Positions 53,882 through 63,301 of a stretch of DNA of 63,301 nt are shown here, piece after piece. Origin of the DNA: Archangium sp. Lineage in GTDB: Bacteria > Myxococcota > Myxococcia > Myxococcales > Myxococcaceae. A model generated the notes under the pieces. The model worked only from the letters and a program-made list of their open reading frames with translations, made no database searches and was not told the DNA's origin. The stretch spans positions 1 to 63,301 of the forward strand of contig JANLPS010000327.1 in the NCBI GenBank assembly GCA_031367385.1, written 5' to 3'. Within the stretch, counting starts at the first letter, position 1. Each line of letters begins with the position of its first letter. The position numbers and the translations under genes were made by a program.

Positions 53882-55447
53882 GTGAACGAAGGACGCCCAC
53901 CAAAAGCGGTGGGTGATGTGCGTATGAGCGAGCCTGACCCGAATGACCCGAAGACGCCGGTAGCCCCGCAGCCGCCTGGCAATGATGGCGGCGACGACGG
54001 CGATGATGGTGGCGACGACGGCCCCGATGATGGCCCCGATGACGGTGGCGCTGGCCCCGGGCAACAGGCCGGGCCTGGTGGCACGCCCGGGCAGCCCAGC
54101 GCTCCCGGTCAAGGTGGCCAGGGTCGCAAGCGCCGCCGACGCCGTCGTCGCAAGGGCAGCCCGATTTTCTTCGCCGAAGACGGGCAGGCCTACCGCAAGG
54201 TGATTCAGCCCGACGGCCAGGTCGTGAACGTGTTTCTGACCGCGGTCGAGCTCGAGCAGTACAAGCAGCGCCAGCAGCAGCAGCAGGCGACCGTCGTTCA
54301 GCAGCAGCAACAGCGGCACGCGCAGGTGACCGGGCAGCCGGTGCAGGTACCGGTGCAGGTCGTCGAAGGCGTGCTCGACCTCGACGTGAAGGGCCAGAAC
54401 GCGGCGCTTCGCTCGATCAAGCACAACCTGTTGCCACGGCCCGAAGACGCCGAAATACCCAAGAATCTGGTGCAGAAGCTGCGGCTTCGCGCGGGGCAGT
54501 TCATCACCGCCAAGGCGCAGATGCGGGGCATGAAGGGCACCGTCGTCAGCGTCGATACCGTCGAGGGCATGCCGGTCGACCTCGCGACCCGGCTGCCGCA
54601 CTTTCAAGACCTGACCTCCATCGACCCGGTCGAGCGCATCAAGCTCGAGCATGGTCACAAAGAGATGGTCACCCGGGTGCTCGATTTGATCGCCCCGCTG
54701 GGCAAAGGGCAGCGCGCGTTGATTACGGCGCCTCCGAAGACCGGCAAGACCATCATGCTGCAGCGCATGGCGCAGGCGATCATCAGCAACCACCCAGAAA
54801 TACACTTGATGGTGGTGCTGATCGACGAGCGGCCCGAAGAAGTCACCGACATGAAGCGCAACATCAAGGCCGATGTGTTCGCCTCGAGCTCAGATCACAA
54901 GACCGCGACCCACTTGCGGTTGGCTGAGCTGGCGCTCGAACGGGCCCGGCGCATGGTTGAGTGCGGCAAAGACGTGGTCATTTTGCTCGACTCGATCACC
55001 CGCCTCGCGCGCTCGTACAACAAGGAGGTCGAATCATCGGGCCGCACCATGTCGGGTGGCGTCGATTCACGGGCGCTCGAGAAGCCCAAGCGCTTGTTCG
55101 GCTCGGCGCGCGCGACCGAAGAGGCCGGCACGCTCACCATCGTCGGCACGGCGCTGATCGACACCGGCAGCCGGATGGACGAGGTGATCTTCGAGGAGTT
55201 CAAGGGCACCGGGAACTCCGAGGTCACCCTCGACCGCTTGCTCGCCGAGAAGCGCATCTGGCCCGCGATCAACATCGCGCAGTCAGGTACTCGCAAAGAA
55301 GAGAAGCTCTTCAGCCTCAAAGAGTACGAAAAGGTGAAGAAGCTTCGGCAGATGCTGTTCTCGGTGAAGCCCGTCGAAGCGATGGAGGCGATGATCAAGC
55401 GCCTCAACCGCTACACCTACAACGACGAGTTCCTCGAAGAGCTTTGA
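53882..55447 (+). CDS. rho: Transcription termination factor Rho homolog with disordered N-terminus
   Basis: GKGQR, APPKTGKT, LIDERPEEVT, LLDSITRLAR, EFKGTGN; alternative start ATG 53924. Confidence 0.93.
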   Translation: MNEGRPPKAVGDVRMSEPDPNDPKTPVAPQPPGNDGGDDGDDGGDDGPDDGPDDGGAGPGQQAGPGGTPGQPSAPGQGGQGRKRRRRRRRKGSPIFFAEDGQAYRKVIQPDGQVVNVFLTAVELEQYKQRQQQQQATVVQQQQQRHAQVTGQPVQVPVQVVEGVLDLDVKGQNAALRSIKHNLLPRPEDAEIPKNLVQKLRLRAGQFITAKAQMRGMKGTVVSVDTVEGMPVDLATRLPHFQDLTSIDPVERIKLEHGHKEMVTRVLDLIAPLGKGQRALITAPPKTGKTIMLQRMAQAIISNHPEIHLMVVLIDERPEEVTDMKRNIKADVFASSSDHKTATHLRLAELALERARRMVECGKDVVILLDSITRLARSYNKEVESSGRTMSGGVDSRALEKPKRLFGSARATEEAGTLTIVGTALIDTGSRMDEVIFEEFKGTGNSEVTLDRLLAEKRIWPAINIAQSGTRKEEKLFSLKEYEKVKKLRQMLFSVKPVEAMEAMIKRLNRYTYNDEFLEEL

Positions 55448-55489
55448 GCGCGCCCCACCAGGAGTGAAAACAGCTACCATGCGCCGCCC

Positions 55490-55759
55490 ATGAGTCTCGG
55501 CTCCGGACGATGCTATTCGCACCCTGACCGGGCCGGGCTCGGCATCTGTGTCGAGTGCCGCAACGTCATTTGCGTCGAGTGCACCACCCAGTTCGAGGGC
55601 ATCAACCGGTGCTCCTCGTGCCTGGGCAAGCGGCTCGACGCGATTCGCCGCGTCGCGGTTCGCAACGAGTGGTCTTTCGCCTCGGTGACCCTCGCGCTGC
55701 TCTCGGCCGGAGCGCTCTACGCGGCCTTCGCCTTCGCCGCCAAGGTCTTGGCCCACTGA
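55490..55759 (+). CDS. Small B-box-like zinc-finger membrane protein
   Basis: CxxH-CxxC-CxxC-CxxC followed by one TM helix. Confidence 0.8.
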   Translation: MSLGSGRCYSHPDRAGLGICVECRNVICVECTTQFEGINRCSSCLGKRLDAIRRVAVRNEWSFASVTLALLSAGALYAAFAFAAKVLAH

Positions 55760-55760
55760 C

Positions 55761-57578
55761 ATGGCCGTCGACGCCGTCGAGCTCAGGCCCCGGGGTGCCG
55801 TGTCGATCTTCGATGCTGCGGTGCGCCTCGTCACCACCAGCAGTGGGCTCTGGGCCCTCACCCTGCCCAGCGGAGCAGCCGTCATCGCCGCCGGTCTCGC
55901 CCTCGCAGAGCGGGTCGAACGCCACGGGTCGATTGTGGCCCCCGCCGCCTGGTGGACCGCCGCGTGGATCTTTCGCGCCCTCAGCCAAGGAGCCGCCTGT
56001 CACTTCGCCGAGCAGCAGGTCGTCGGCTTGAGCGAGCCCAACACCTGGGCCTCGTGGCGAGCGGCCTTGAAAAGAGCCCCCAGCCTCGTCACCACCTGCG
56101 CGCTCATGCTGTTCACCAGCCTCTGTGTCATCGCCTTCACCGGCGGCCTCGGCTTCTTCTTCTTCGGAGCCCACGCCGTCGCGTACGCCGTGACGATGCG
56201 TGGTCAGGGGCACCCTTTCAAGCTGCTCTCGACCGCCGCCACGCTGCTCGGCCCCTCGCGGCCAACCCCGGGGCTCGTGCGGCTGTGCGGCGCGGTGCAA
56301 TTGGTGCTCGCGATCAACCTGCACCTCGCGGTGTCCGGCACGCTGTACCTCATCACCAGCCTGGCCGGCTTCGACCTCACGTACGCCCAGCACTTCGTGG
56401 TCTTGACCAACCCGGTCTGGCTGACGGTTCTCGCGCTGATTACCTTTACGCTCTTCGAACCCCTTCGAGCCGCGACCGCAGCGCTGTTTCTCATCGATGG
56501 CAGGGTTCGCCAAGAGGGGCTCGATCTGGTCGCAGCCATCGAGCAGCTGCCGGTGCGCAAGAAACCGACGATCATCGTCGCGGCGTTGGTGATATTCGTT
56601 GCCGCTCCGGCGCTCGCCGCACCATCGCCTCTGCGCAGCCGAATCGAACGCCTCGGCAAGCAATGCCGAGCACCGGCCAAGCCCGACCGCGCGTCACTCG
56701 ACGACGTCGACTCGCTCGATGAAAAGCAGCGCAACGTCGCCACCCGCTTCGTCGCCCGCCTCGAGCGCAGGGCCTACGACGACGAAGACTGTGAAGGCGC
56801 GCTGCTCGAGTTGAAGACCGGGTTGCAGCAGCTCCATGCGGCGCAGAAGCTCCAGGGTGAGCTCAACGCCGCCGACAGCCGCGCTGAAGCGCAGACCATC
56901 CTCTCCAGGCCCGAGTTTCAGGTCGCGCCTCCTGCGGCTGACGAAGCAGAGGCCACCGAAGACAAATCCGGCGGTTTCTTTCACGACCTGTGGGTCTCGT
57001 TTCTCAAGTGGCTCGCACGGGTCGTCGACAGCGCTCCCGAGCCCACATCGCGAAAGCCCAACACGCTTCTCGGCGGGCCGATGGTGGTGGCCAGCCTGGT
57101 GATGTTGCTCGCGCTCGCCCTGGTCATCGGCGTCGGCATTTTTCTGATTCTTCGCTTCACCAAACGCGACAAACCCCTCGAGGCCGAAGTCGAAACCTCG
57201 AGCGTCGAAGCGGCAACCGACGGCGACCCGATGAGCGCGCTCTCGAGGCCCGCACGCACCTGGGCGAGCCTTGCCGATGAGCTCGCTGCACGCGGCGAAT
57301 TTCGCGAAGCCATTCGACACCTCTACCTGGCCCTGCTCGCCCGGCTGCACGCCGAGGGCCGCATCACCTACGACTCCACTCGCAGCAACTGGGAATACCT
57401 GCGCGAGCTCAAAGGCACCGCCGCGCTGCTGGGCGCCTTTCGAGAGCTGACCCGCCGCTTCGACTTCGCCTGGTACGGGCACCTCTGGGTCGACTCCACC
57501 GCGTATGCGACCTTTCGTGACCTCACCGGCCCGTACCTGAGCGACGCCGCGCCTGACTCGAGCGCGACCCGTGCGTGA
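55761..57578 (+). CDS. Membrane protein with C-terminal DUF4129 domain
   Basis: VELRPR start, multiple TM helices, R.EGLDL, then G.FREAIR.LY...SNWEY...F...WYG. Confidence 0.85.
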   Translation: MAVDAVELRPRGAVSIFDAAVRLVTTSSGLWALTLPSGAAVIAAGLALAERVERHGSIVAPAAWWTAAWIFRALSQGAACHFAEQQVVGLSEPNTWASWRAALKRAPSLVTTCALMLFTSLCVIAFTGGLGFFFFGAHAVAYAVTMRGQGHPFKLLSTAATLLGPSRPTPGLVRLCGAVQLVLAINLHLAVSGTLYLITSLAGFDLTYAQHFVVLTNPVWLTVLALITFTLFEPLRAATAALFLIDGRVRQEGLDLVAAIEQLPVRKKPTIIVAALVIFVAAPALAAPSPLRSRIERLGKQCRAPAKPDRASLDDVDSLDEKQRNVATRFVARLERRAYDDEDCEGALLELKTGLQQLHAAQKLQGELNAADSRAEAQTILSRPEFQVAPPAADEAEATEDKSGGFFHDLWVSFLKWLARVVDSAPEPTSRKPNTLLGGPMVVASLVMLLALALVIGVGIFLILRFTKRDKPLEAEVETSSVEAATDGDPMSALSRPARTWASLADELAARGEFREAIRHLYLALLARLHAEGRITYDSTRSNWEYLRELKGTAALLGAFRELTRRFDFAWYGHLWVDSTAYATFRDLTGPYLSDAAPDSSATRA

Positions 57579-58827
57579 CCGTCTGCCGCTGGTGTTGGTC
57601 GGAGCCCTGGTGTTGCTCGGCGTGCTCGGCAGCTTCATCATCTCGGGCGCGCGCCGGGGCAGCTTCGCCGATCGCCTGTCGACGTACCGCTCCGGGCCCA
57701 ATGGCGCGCGGGCGCTCTACCTGCTGCTCGAGCCGTCGGGAGAAGTGAGTCGCTGGCAGCGGGTGATCGAAGACGTGCCCGCGAAACAGACCTTGGTGCT
57801 GCTCGGCACCCGCTTCGATGATGACACGGTGCACCTGTTCAAGGCGTCGTTGTTCTCGCGCGACGCCGGAGCGCCCGACTTGACCGACGACGAGCAGACT
57901 GACCTCGACGAGCGCGGGCTTCACACGCTGCAGACGCCCAATGTGTCGCACGACGAGCGAGAGGCGTTGCTCGAACATCTGCGCGAAGGTGGCACCGTCA
58001 TCTACGCGCCGTGGCGAACCGAGCAGAACCCGCTGTTAGACGCGCTCGGCGTCGACCTGTTGCGCCAGACCGAGAGCCCGGGCCTTCGCACGCTGGTGCC
58101 CGCGCAGCCGACTCCGTACACCCTCGGCGTCGAGCGGCTCGAGGCAGAAGTCGAGACCTCGCTCGGGTTGCCCGCCGACGCGGTGCCGTTGCTGATTGAT
58201 GAGCCCACCGGCGACGTGGTGATTGCGATGGTGCCCTACGGTCAAGGCAAGGTGATCATCATCGGCGCCCCGGAGCTCGCGATGAACTCGGCGCTCGGGC
58301 GGGCCGACAACGCGCAATTCTGGCGCTCCTTGCTTCGGGGCTTGGGCACCCACTCGGTCGGCTTCGACGAATTTCACCATGGGTTCACCGGGCAGCGCTC
58401 GCTGGGTGAATTCGCCGCGCGCTCGGGCCTGCACATCGCCGCGGCGCAATTGCTCCTCGGCGTCATTCTCTGGGCCGCCTCGCTTCGCCGCTTTGGCCGG
58501 CCACGAGAGCCCGCCGCCACCTTGCGCATCGGCGCCACCGACGCTCTCTATGCGACCAGCCGCCTCTACCGCGAAGGCCGTCACTTCAACCACGCGGCCA
58601 GCACCATTCTCCGCCAGCTCTGCGCTGAGTGCGCCACCCGCGCCGGAGTCGCCAGCCACACGAGCCCCACCGACGTCAGCGTCGCACTCGAGGGCCGCGG
58701 TCGAACCCAGCTCTCGGCCGCTTTGCGCGAGGTCGCAGCGGCCGCAAGCCAGGTCAGCTCCGACGGCCAACTCGAGACCGTCGCCAGGCTCGCTGCGAAC
58801 ACCCGACATCTGCTGCATTCACCGTAA
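57571..58827 (+). CDS. DUF4350 domain protein
   Basis: STY...PNGARAL, G.G.V, N..L..ADNA, FDEFHHG, RRFG motifs. Confidence 0.85.
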   Translation: MRDRLPLVLVGALVLLGVLGSFIISGARRGSFADRLSTYRSGPNGARALYLLLEPSGEVSRWQRVIEDVPAKQTLVLLGTRFDDDTVHLFKASLFSRDAGAPDLTDDEQTDLDERGLHTLQTPNVSHDEREALLEHLREGGTVIYAPWRTEQNPLLDALGVDLLRQTESPGLRTLVPAQPTPYTLGVERLEAEVETSLGLPADAVPLLIDEPTGDVVIAMVPYGQGKVIIIGAPELAMNSALGRADNAQFWRSLLRGLGTHSVGFDEFHHGFTGQRSLGEFAARSGLHIAAAQLLLGVILWAASLRRFGRPREPAATLRIGATDALYATSRLYREGRHFNHAASTILRQLCAECATRAGVASHTSPTDVSVALEGRGRTQLSAALREVAAAASQVSSDGQLETVARLAANTRHLLHSP

Positions 58828-58840
58828 AAGGACCCAAACG

Positions 58841-59818
58841 ATGACTGACGAAGCCCCCCAGCTCGCCGTGACGTTGGCCAATCGCCTGCGCGAGGCCTCG
58901 CTCGCTCAGGTACGCAAGGCGGTGGTCGGGCAAGACGACGCGCTCGAGCTGATGCTGTGCGGGCTGATCGCCGGAGGTCATGTGCTCCTCGAAGGCGTGC
59001 CGGGCGTGGCCAAGACGCTGATGGCCCGCGCGCTCGCCAAGAGCATCGGCGCCGAGTTCAAGCGCATTCAATTCACGCCTGACCTGATGCCCGCCGACAT
59101 TCTGGGCACCAGCGTGTTCGACGCGAAGACGCAGTCGTTCGTGCTCGTGCGCGGGCCGATCTTCACCGACCTGCTGCTGGCCGATGAGATCAACCGCGCC
59201 CCGGCGAAGACCCAGTCGGCGCTGCTCGAGGCGATGCAAGAGCGCAGCGTGTCGCTCGAGGGGCGGCACCTCTCGCTGAGCCAGATCTTCACCGTGTTCG
59301 CGACGCAGAACCCGGTCGAGTCAGAGGGCACCTACCCGCTGCCCGAGGCGCAGCTCGATCGATTCTTGTTCAAGATCGACATCGGGTACCCGACCGACGC
59401 CGAAGAAGAGCAGATCTTGGCCAACGTGCACCAAGGCTTCGACAGCGGAGACCTCGACCGCGCCCAGCTCAAGGCCTCGGTCACTCCCGAGCAGGTGCTC
59501 GAAGCGCGCAGGGCGATGGCCTCGGTCGACGTCGAGCCCGACGTGCTGACGTACCTTCGCAAGCTGGTCTCCGCGACCCGCCGCTCTCCACGCATTCGCC
59601 TCGGTGCCGGCCCCCGCGCCGCGGTGCACCTGCTGCTCGCCGCGAAGGCCCTCGCCGCCCTGCGCGGTCGCCCCTTCGTCACGCCCGACGACATTCGCCA
59701 GCTCGCCGGCCCGGTGTTGAAGCACCGCCTGTTGCTCTCACCCGACGCCGAGCTCGACGGCGCCACCACCCACGACGTGCTCACCGAGGTCGTCAGCTCC
59801 ATCGAGGTACCCCGGTAA
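58841..59818 (+). CDS. MoxR family AAA+ ATPase
   Basis: LEGVPGVAKT, RIQFTPDLMP, DEINRAPAKTQSALLE, ATQNP, LPEAQLDRF. Confidence 0.95.
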   Translation: MTDEAPQLAVTLANRLREASLAQVRKAVVGQDDALELMLCGLIAGGHVLLEGVPGVAKTLMARALAKSIGAEFKRIQFTPDLMPADILGTSVFDAKTQSFVLVRGPIFTDLLLADEINRAPAKTQSALLEAMQERSVSLEGRHLSLSQIFTVFATQNPVESEGTYPLPEAQLDRFLFKIDIGYPTDAEEEQILANVHQGFDSGDLDRAQLKASVTPEQVLEARRAMASVDVEPDVLTYLRKLVSATRRSPRIRLGAGPRAAVHLLLAAKALAALRGRPFVTPDDIRQLAGPVLKHRLLLSPDAELDGATTHDVLTEVVSSIEVPR

Positions 59819-59823
59819 GCCAC

Positions 59824-61131
59824 ATGGTGCCTTCGCCGCGATTGTGGGGCTTGCTGTGCCTGTTGGCGTTGCCGACCATTGCGGGCGGCTTCATCGACGG
59901 CGTGTGGCCTCTGGTCGCCGTGCTCGACCTCGCGGCGCTGCTGCTCGCGGGGGTCGATTTCTTTCTCGCTCGGAGGGTCAAGCTCGAGCTGTCGCGAAAG
60001 CTGCCTCCGCGGCTGCAAATCGGAGTCGCCAACCGCATCGAAGTGCAGGTCATCAACCCGACCGGCAACGCGGTACGCCTCGAGCTCAAAGACGATTCAC
60101 CCGACACGTTCGTGGCCCAGCCAGACCAGCTCGCGCTCACCATCGCGGCCAAAACCCGGGCGCACGTTCAGTACCGCGCCACGCCTGGCACCCGAGGCCG
60201 GTTCGAATTCGGAGACATTCACCTGCGGGTGCATGGCCCACTGGGCCTGGTCTCGCATCAGCGGCTCGTGCCCGCCGCGGTGTCGGTCTCGGTCTCACCC
60301 GACATGCGTGGAGCCAGCCGGCTGCTGCTCTCTGATGCCGCGCTCGACCTGGTGAATTTGGGGCTGCGGCAACTTCGCAAAGACGGCTCGGGCTCTGAAT
60401 TCGCCCGCCTGCGCGACTACACCCAGGGCGACTCGGTGCGCGACGTCGATTGGAAGGCGACCGCCCGGCGGGGCCGCCCCGTGGCGCGCGTGATGGAATC
60501 TGAGCGCTCGCAGACGGTGTTGATCGGGGTCGATGCCGGTCGCTCGATGGCCGCGCGAGTCGATGGGCTGACCCGCCTCGACCACGCGGTGAACGCCGCC
60601 TTGTTTCTCGCCTTCGTCGCCGTGCGCAACGGAGACCGCGTCGGCCTGGTGGTCTTCGCCGACGGCATCAAGTCGTACCTGGCGCCCGCTCCGGGCCGGC
60701 TGCAGTACCGCAAGCTGGTCGACACGCTCTACACGGCCAAACCCAACTTGACCTACGTCGACTACCTGGCCCTGTTCAAAGAGCTCAACGCGCGGCTGCT
60801 GCGCCGAAGCCTGCTGTGCGTGTTCACCGATTTCATCGACGAAGATCAAGCCGCGACGATGGTCGACCCGATGCGCCGCCTGGCCAAGCGACACGTGCCG
60901 GTGTGCCTGACCGTCAAAGACACCGCGCTGACGAACCTGCTCTCGACGCCTCCGCCCGACGCCGAGACCGCCTGGCAACACAGCGTGGCCAGCGAGCTGC
61001 TGCTCGAGCGCGAGGGGTTCAAGCGAAAAATTGGGCAAAACGGCGTCACCGTCATCGATGTCGAAGCGAACAAGCTGTCACTCGCGGCCGTGAACAAGTA
61101 TCTCGAGATCAAATCTCGCGGCACGCTGTAG
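59824..61131 (+). CDS. DUF58 domain protein (MoxR partner)
   Basis: GSEFARLRDY..GD..R.VDWKATAR, DAGRSM, GDRVGL, FTD. Confidence 0.92.
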   Translation: MVPSPRLWGLLCLLALPTIAGGFIDGVWPLVAVLDLAALLLAGVDFFLARRVKLELSRKLPPRLQIGVANRIEVQVINPTGNAVRLELKDDSPDTFVAQPDQLALTIAAKTRAHVQYRATPGTRGRFEFGDIHLRVHGPLGLVSHQRLVPAAVSVSVSPDMRGASRLLLSDAALDLVNLGLRQLRKDGSGSEFARLRDYTQGDSVRDVDWKATARRGRPVARVMESERSQTVLIGVDAGRSMAARVDGLTRLDHAVNAALFLAFVAVRNGDRVGLVVFADGIKSYLAPAPGRLQYRKLVDTLYTAKPNLTYVDYLALFKELNARLLRRSLLCVFTDFIDEDQAATMVDPMRRLAKRHVPVCLTVKDTALTNLLSTPPPDAETAWQHSVASELLLEREGFKRKIGQNGVTVIDVEANKLSLAAVNKYLEIKSRGTL

Positions 61132-61146
61132 CCAGGAGCCTCTTCA

Positions 61147-61575
61147 ATGAAAGTGTTTTGCCCCAACTGCGGCAGCGAAAACGATGGCTTCGCCGGTGGG
61201 CGGGTCGTCTGTCGGGCCTGCACCGCTACCTTCGATGTGCCCGCCGAGCGCGCCAGTGTGGCTCCCGTGGTCGAAGCGCCGGCGGTGATGCCGGCCCAGT
61301 CACCCTTTTCAGCTCCGGTTCAGAGCCAGCCGATGGCGATGCAGGCGTCTGCGAACGCGAGCTACAACCAGCTGGCCATCGCCTCGATCATCTCGTCGTT
61401 CTGCTGCTCCCCCGCGGGGTTGATCACCGGCATCATCGGGCTGCAGCAGATCAACAAGTCGAACGGCCTCCAAAAGGGCAAAGAGCTCGCGATCATCGGC
61501 ATCGTGATCAGCTCGCTTGGCATGTGCTCGGGCGTGCTCTACGTCATCGCGGCTGCAGTGGGCGCCGGCAACTGA
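61147..61575 (+). CDS. Zinc-ribbon plus DUF4190-like membrane protein
   Basis: CPNC...CRAC; LAIAS...G.I.G..GL.QI....G.QKG..LAI.GI motif. Confidence 0.8.
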   Translation: MKVFCPNCGSENDGFAGGRVVCRACTATFDVPAERASVAPVVEAPAVMPAQSPFSAPVQSQPMAMQASANASYNQLAIASIISSFCCSPAGLITGIIGLQQINKSNGLQKGKELAIIGIVISSLGMCSGVLYVIAAAVGAGN

Positions 61576-61585
61576 CGTCGCAGCC

Positions 61586-62114
61586 ATGAACACCACCACG
61601 AAGGCCGACGGCTTCATCAATGAAACGGTTCGGCCGCTCCTTCGCCCTGGCGAGACGTTCGTCTCGAGCGCGTACCTCTACCCGAAGCTCGAAGCTCGAA
61701 GCTCGCACCGGGGTCGGCTCGTTCGTTCAAGCCGCCACGGCCAAGGCCGCTTTCGCAGTGCTCACCGAGCAGCGGTTGATTCTGGTCGAAACGGGGTTGG
61801 GTGTGCTCGAACCCCTGCTTGAAAACCATCGCACTCGCTCACTTGAAAAGAGCGACATAGCGGGGGTGTTCACCGGCAAGACCCTGATGATTGAGCTGAC
61901 CGATGGCGCGATGGCCCAATACGCCAACAACCGCGGCTCCAAGTTCGTCTCGACCCAGCGCGCATTCTTCGAGGGTCTCGAGCAGGCCCTGGGGCGGAGC
62001 AAAAAGGCAGCTGCGCTTGCGAAAGCCGATGCGCGGTCGACCCTGATAACCCGGGCCCTCATTGGGGTGGCCGTGGTCGGTTATGCCGCCTATCGGCTCA
62101 TCACAAACGCTTGA
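61586..62114 (+). pseudogene. Hypothetical membrane-anchored protein frameshifted by a 7-bp duplication
   Basis: MNTTTKADGFINE... frame joins the ...ARTGVGSFVQ frame if one GAAGCTC unit is removed, giving 173 aa. Confidence 0.7.
61684..61704 (+). repeat. (GAAGCTC)3 heptanucleotide tandem repeat
   Basis: Three perfect units located exactly at the frameshift. Confidence 0.9.
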
Positions 62115-62116
62115 CG

Positions 62117-63127
62117 CTACGTCGGTGCGGTCACCGTCGGGCTTCGCTCACGTCGCACTCGCAGCCCTGCCGAGAATAAATACGCGTAGACCGCCAGGCC
62201 AACCACCAGCGCGAAGCCCAACTTGAAGGCAACCGACAGCGTCGGCGGGTGAATCTGCGAGATCGTGCCTTCGATGCACCCGGCCAGCACGAACAACGCA
62301 AGCGTGCCCATCAGCAGCGTCAACGCGGTGACGCCTTCTGCGCGAACCGCCACCTCGCGCGACAACCCGTTGGGCGCCACGATGCCTCGGGCCAGAATCA
62401 GCCCCGCCGCCCCAGCGATCGCGATCGCCGTAATCTCGGGTATGCCGTGCGGTAAAATCCACGCCCAGAACCAGCCCATCAACCCCTTCGAGGCGTAGAC
62501 CCACGCCAGCGAGCCCAGCATCACGCCGTTGGCGAACATCAAGATCGCCGTGCCGATGCCGACGGTGAGCCCGAGCGCAAAGGCGAAGAAGGCGACGCTG
62601 ATGTTGTGGGTGAACAAGAAGCTGGCGAAGGCGGCTTGGTCGGTCGCTTGGGCACCCTCTGATTTGGCTTCACGCTCGGCACGCTTGATCGGGTCGAGCT
62701 GCTGGTGGTCTCCCGGCACCAGGTACGGCGCCGCCTGCGGGTCGACCAACATACCGACCCACCCGAAGCCGAACCCGCCCAGAAACAGCAGCATCGACGC
62801 GACGAACATTCGCCACTCGCGCCACATCGTCTCGGGGAAGGTGTGCAGCAGAAATTGCTTCACCGCCGACCAGCGAACGCGCTTGCCCGGGTAGGTCAAC
62901 GCGTAGGCCCGGCCGACGAGGTCGTTCAGGTATTCGCTCACGTCGGCGTTGGCACCGCGCGCGCGCACCCACAACAGATCTGACGACGCGCCCCGGTAGA
63001 GCCGTGAGAGCGCGCTGGCCTGCTCCAGGGTCAAGGTCTTCAACCCGCCCCGCTCAGCGCGGTCGAGCAGTGACTCGAGCGACGACCACTTGGGGCGCTT
63101 CAGCTCGACAAAGGCGGGCAATTCCAT
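62117..63127 (-). CDS. Stage II sporulation protein M (SpoIIM/DUF95) family membrane protein
   Basis: W..LE.LL, LYR..SSDL, YLN.LV.RA, THNISVAF, NGVMLG, ILPHGIPE, AG.IEG. Confidence 0.9.
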   Translation of the reverse strand: MELPAFVELKRPKWSSLESLLDRAERGGLKTLTLEQASALSRLYRGASSDLLWVRARGANADVSEYLNDLVGRAYALTYPGKRVRWSAVKQFLLHTFPETMWREWRMFVASMLLFLGGFGFGWVGMLVDPQAAPYLVPGDHQQLDPIKRAEREAKSEGAQATDQAAFASFLFTHNISVAFFAFALGLTVGIGTAILMFANGVMLGSLAWVYASKGLMGWFWAWILPHGIPEITAIAIAGAAGLILARGIVAPNGLSREVAVRAEGVTALTLLMGTLALFVLAGCIEGTISQIHPPTLSVAFKLGFALVVGLAVYAYLFSAGLRVRRERSPTVTAPT

Positions 63128-63301
63128 GGCGTTGAACCCTAGCGCACGGCCCATGTAGGCCGGGTGCACGATCGATTTCAGCGGTTTGACGCACGGCGTT
63201 TCTTAAACATTGGGAGCTTTTTGACCTTGGGCCCGTGCCTCCCGGCCCAATGAATCGCCCCGTAGAATCGCTCTGCGCCTGCGGTGCGGTAGGCGGCACG
63301 A

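Noticed and set aside
54272..54313. CAG runs as a phase-variation switch
   Set aside because: Triplet repeats keep the frame; treated as poly-Q in the Rho finding
63250..63301. Possible start of a plus-strand gene (MNRPVESLCACG...) at the window end
   Set aside because: Only 17 codons are visible, too little to support a call

Overview
High-GC bacterial chromosomal segment whose gene content points to Myxococcota (PEGA proteins, a DUF1592/DUF1552 pair, Cys-rich and Gly-linker lipoproteins, FHA-GGDEF); the taxonomy is an inference. The housekeeping backbone is glgC, add, uvrD/pcrA, a six-tRNA cluster (Pro, Arg, His, Arg, Lys, Leu) running into tig-clpP-clpX-lon, topoisomerase IV-like A and B subunits, sppA, a Rho homolog and a MoxR/DUF58/DUF4350/DUF4129/SpoIIM cluster. 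Small accessory gene blocks interrupt this backbone. I found no CRISPR array, rRNA, integrase or transposase. Best observations: (1) a 72-bp direct repeat duplicates the 3' end of a GNAT gene and brackets a VWA gene, like an integration scar with no integrase; (2) a (GAAGCTC)3 heptamer repeat frameshifts one gene; (3) many genes have a TAnnnT box 5-10 nt before the start codon and no Shine-Dalgarno, and two CDSs start at tRNA 3' ends; (4) the Rho homolog has lost its RNP1 aromatics and carries an acidic/Arg/poly-Q disordered N-terminus; (5) a lipoprotein has an unrecognised 25-aa Ser/Thr beta-hairpin repeat; (6) a 42-bp tandem repeat carries 12-bp palindromes upstream of an unknown helical protein. 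All family assignments come from motif recognition by eye, not database searches.
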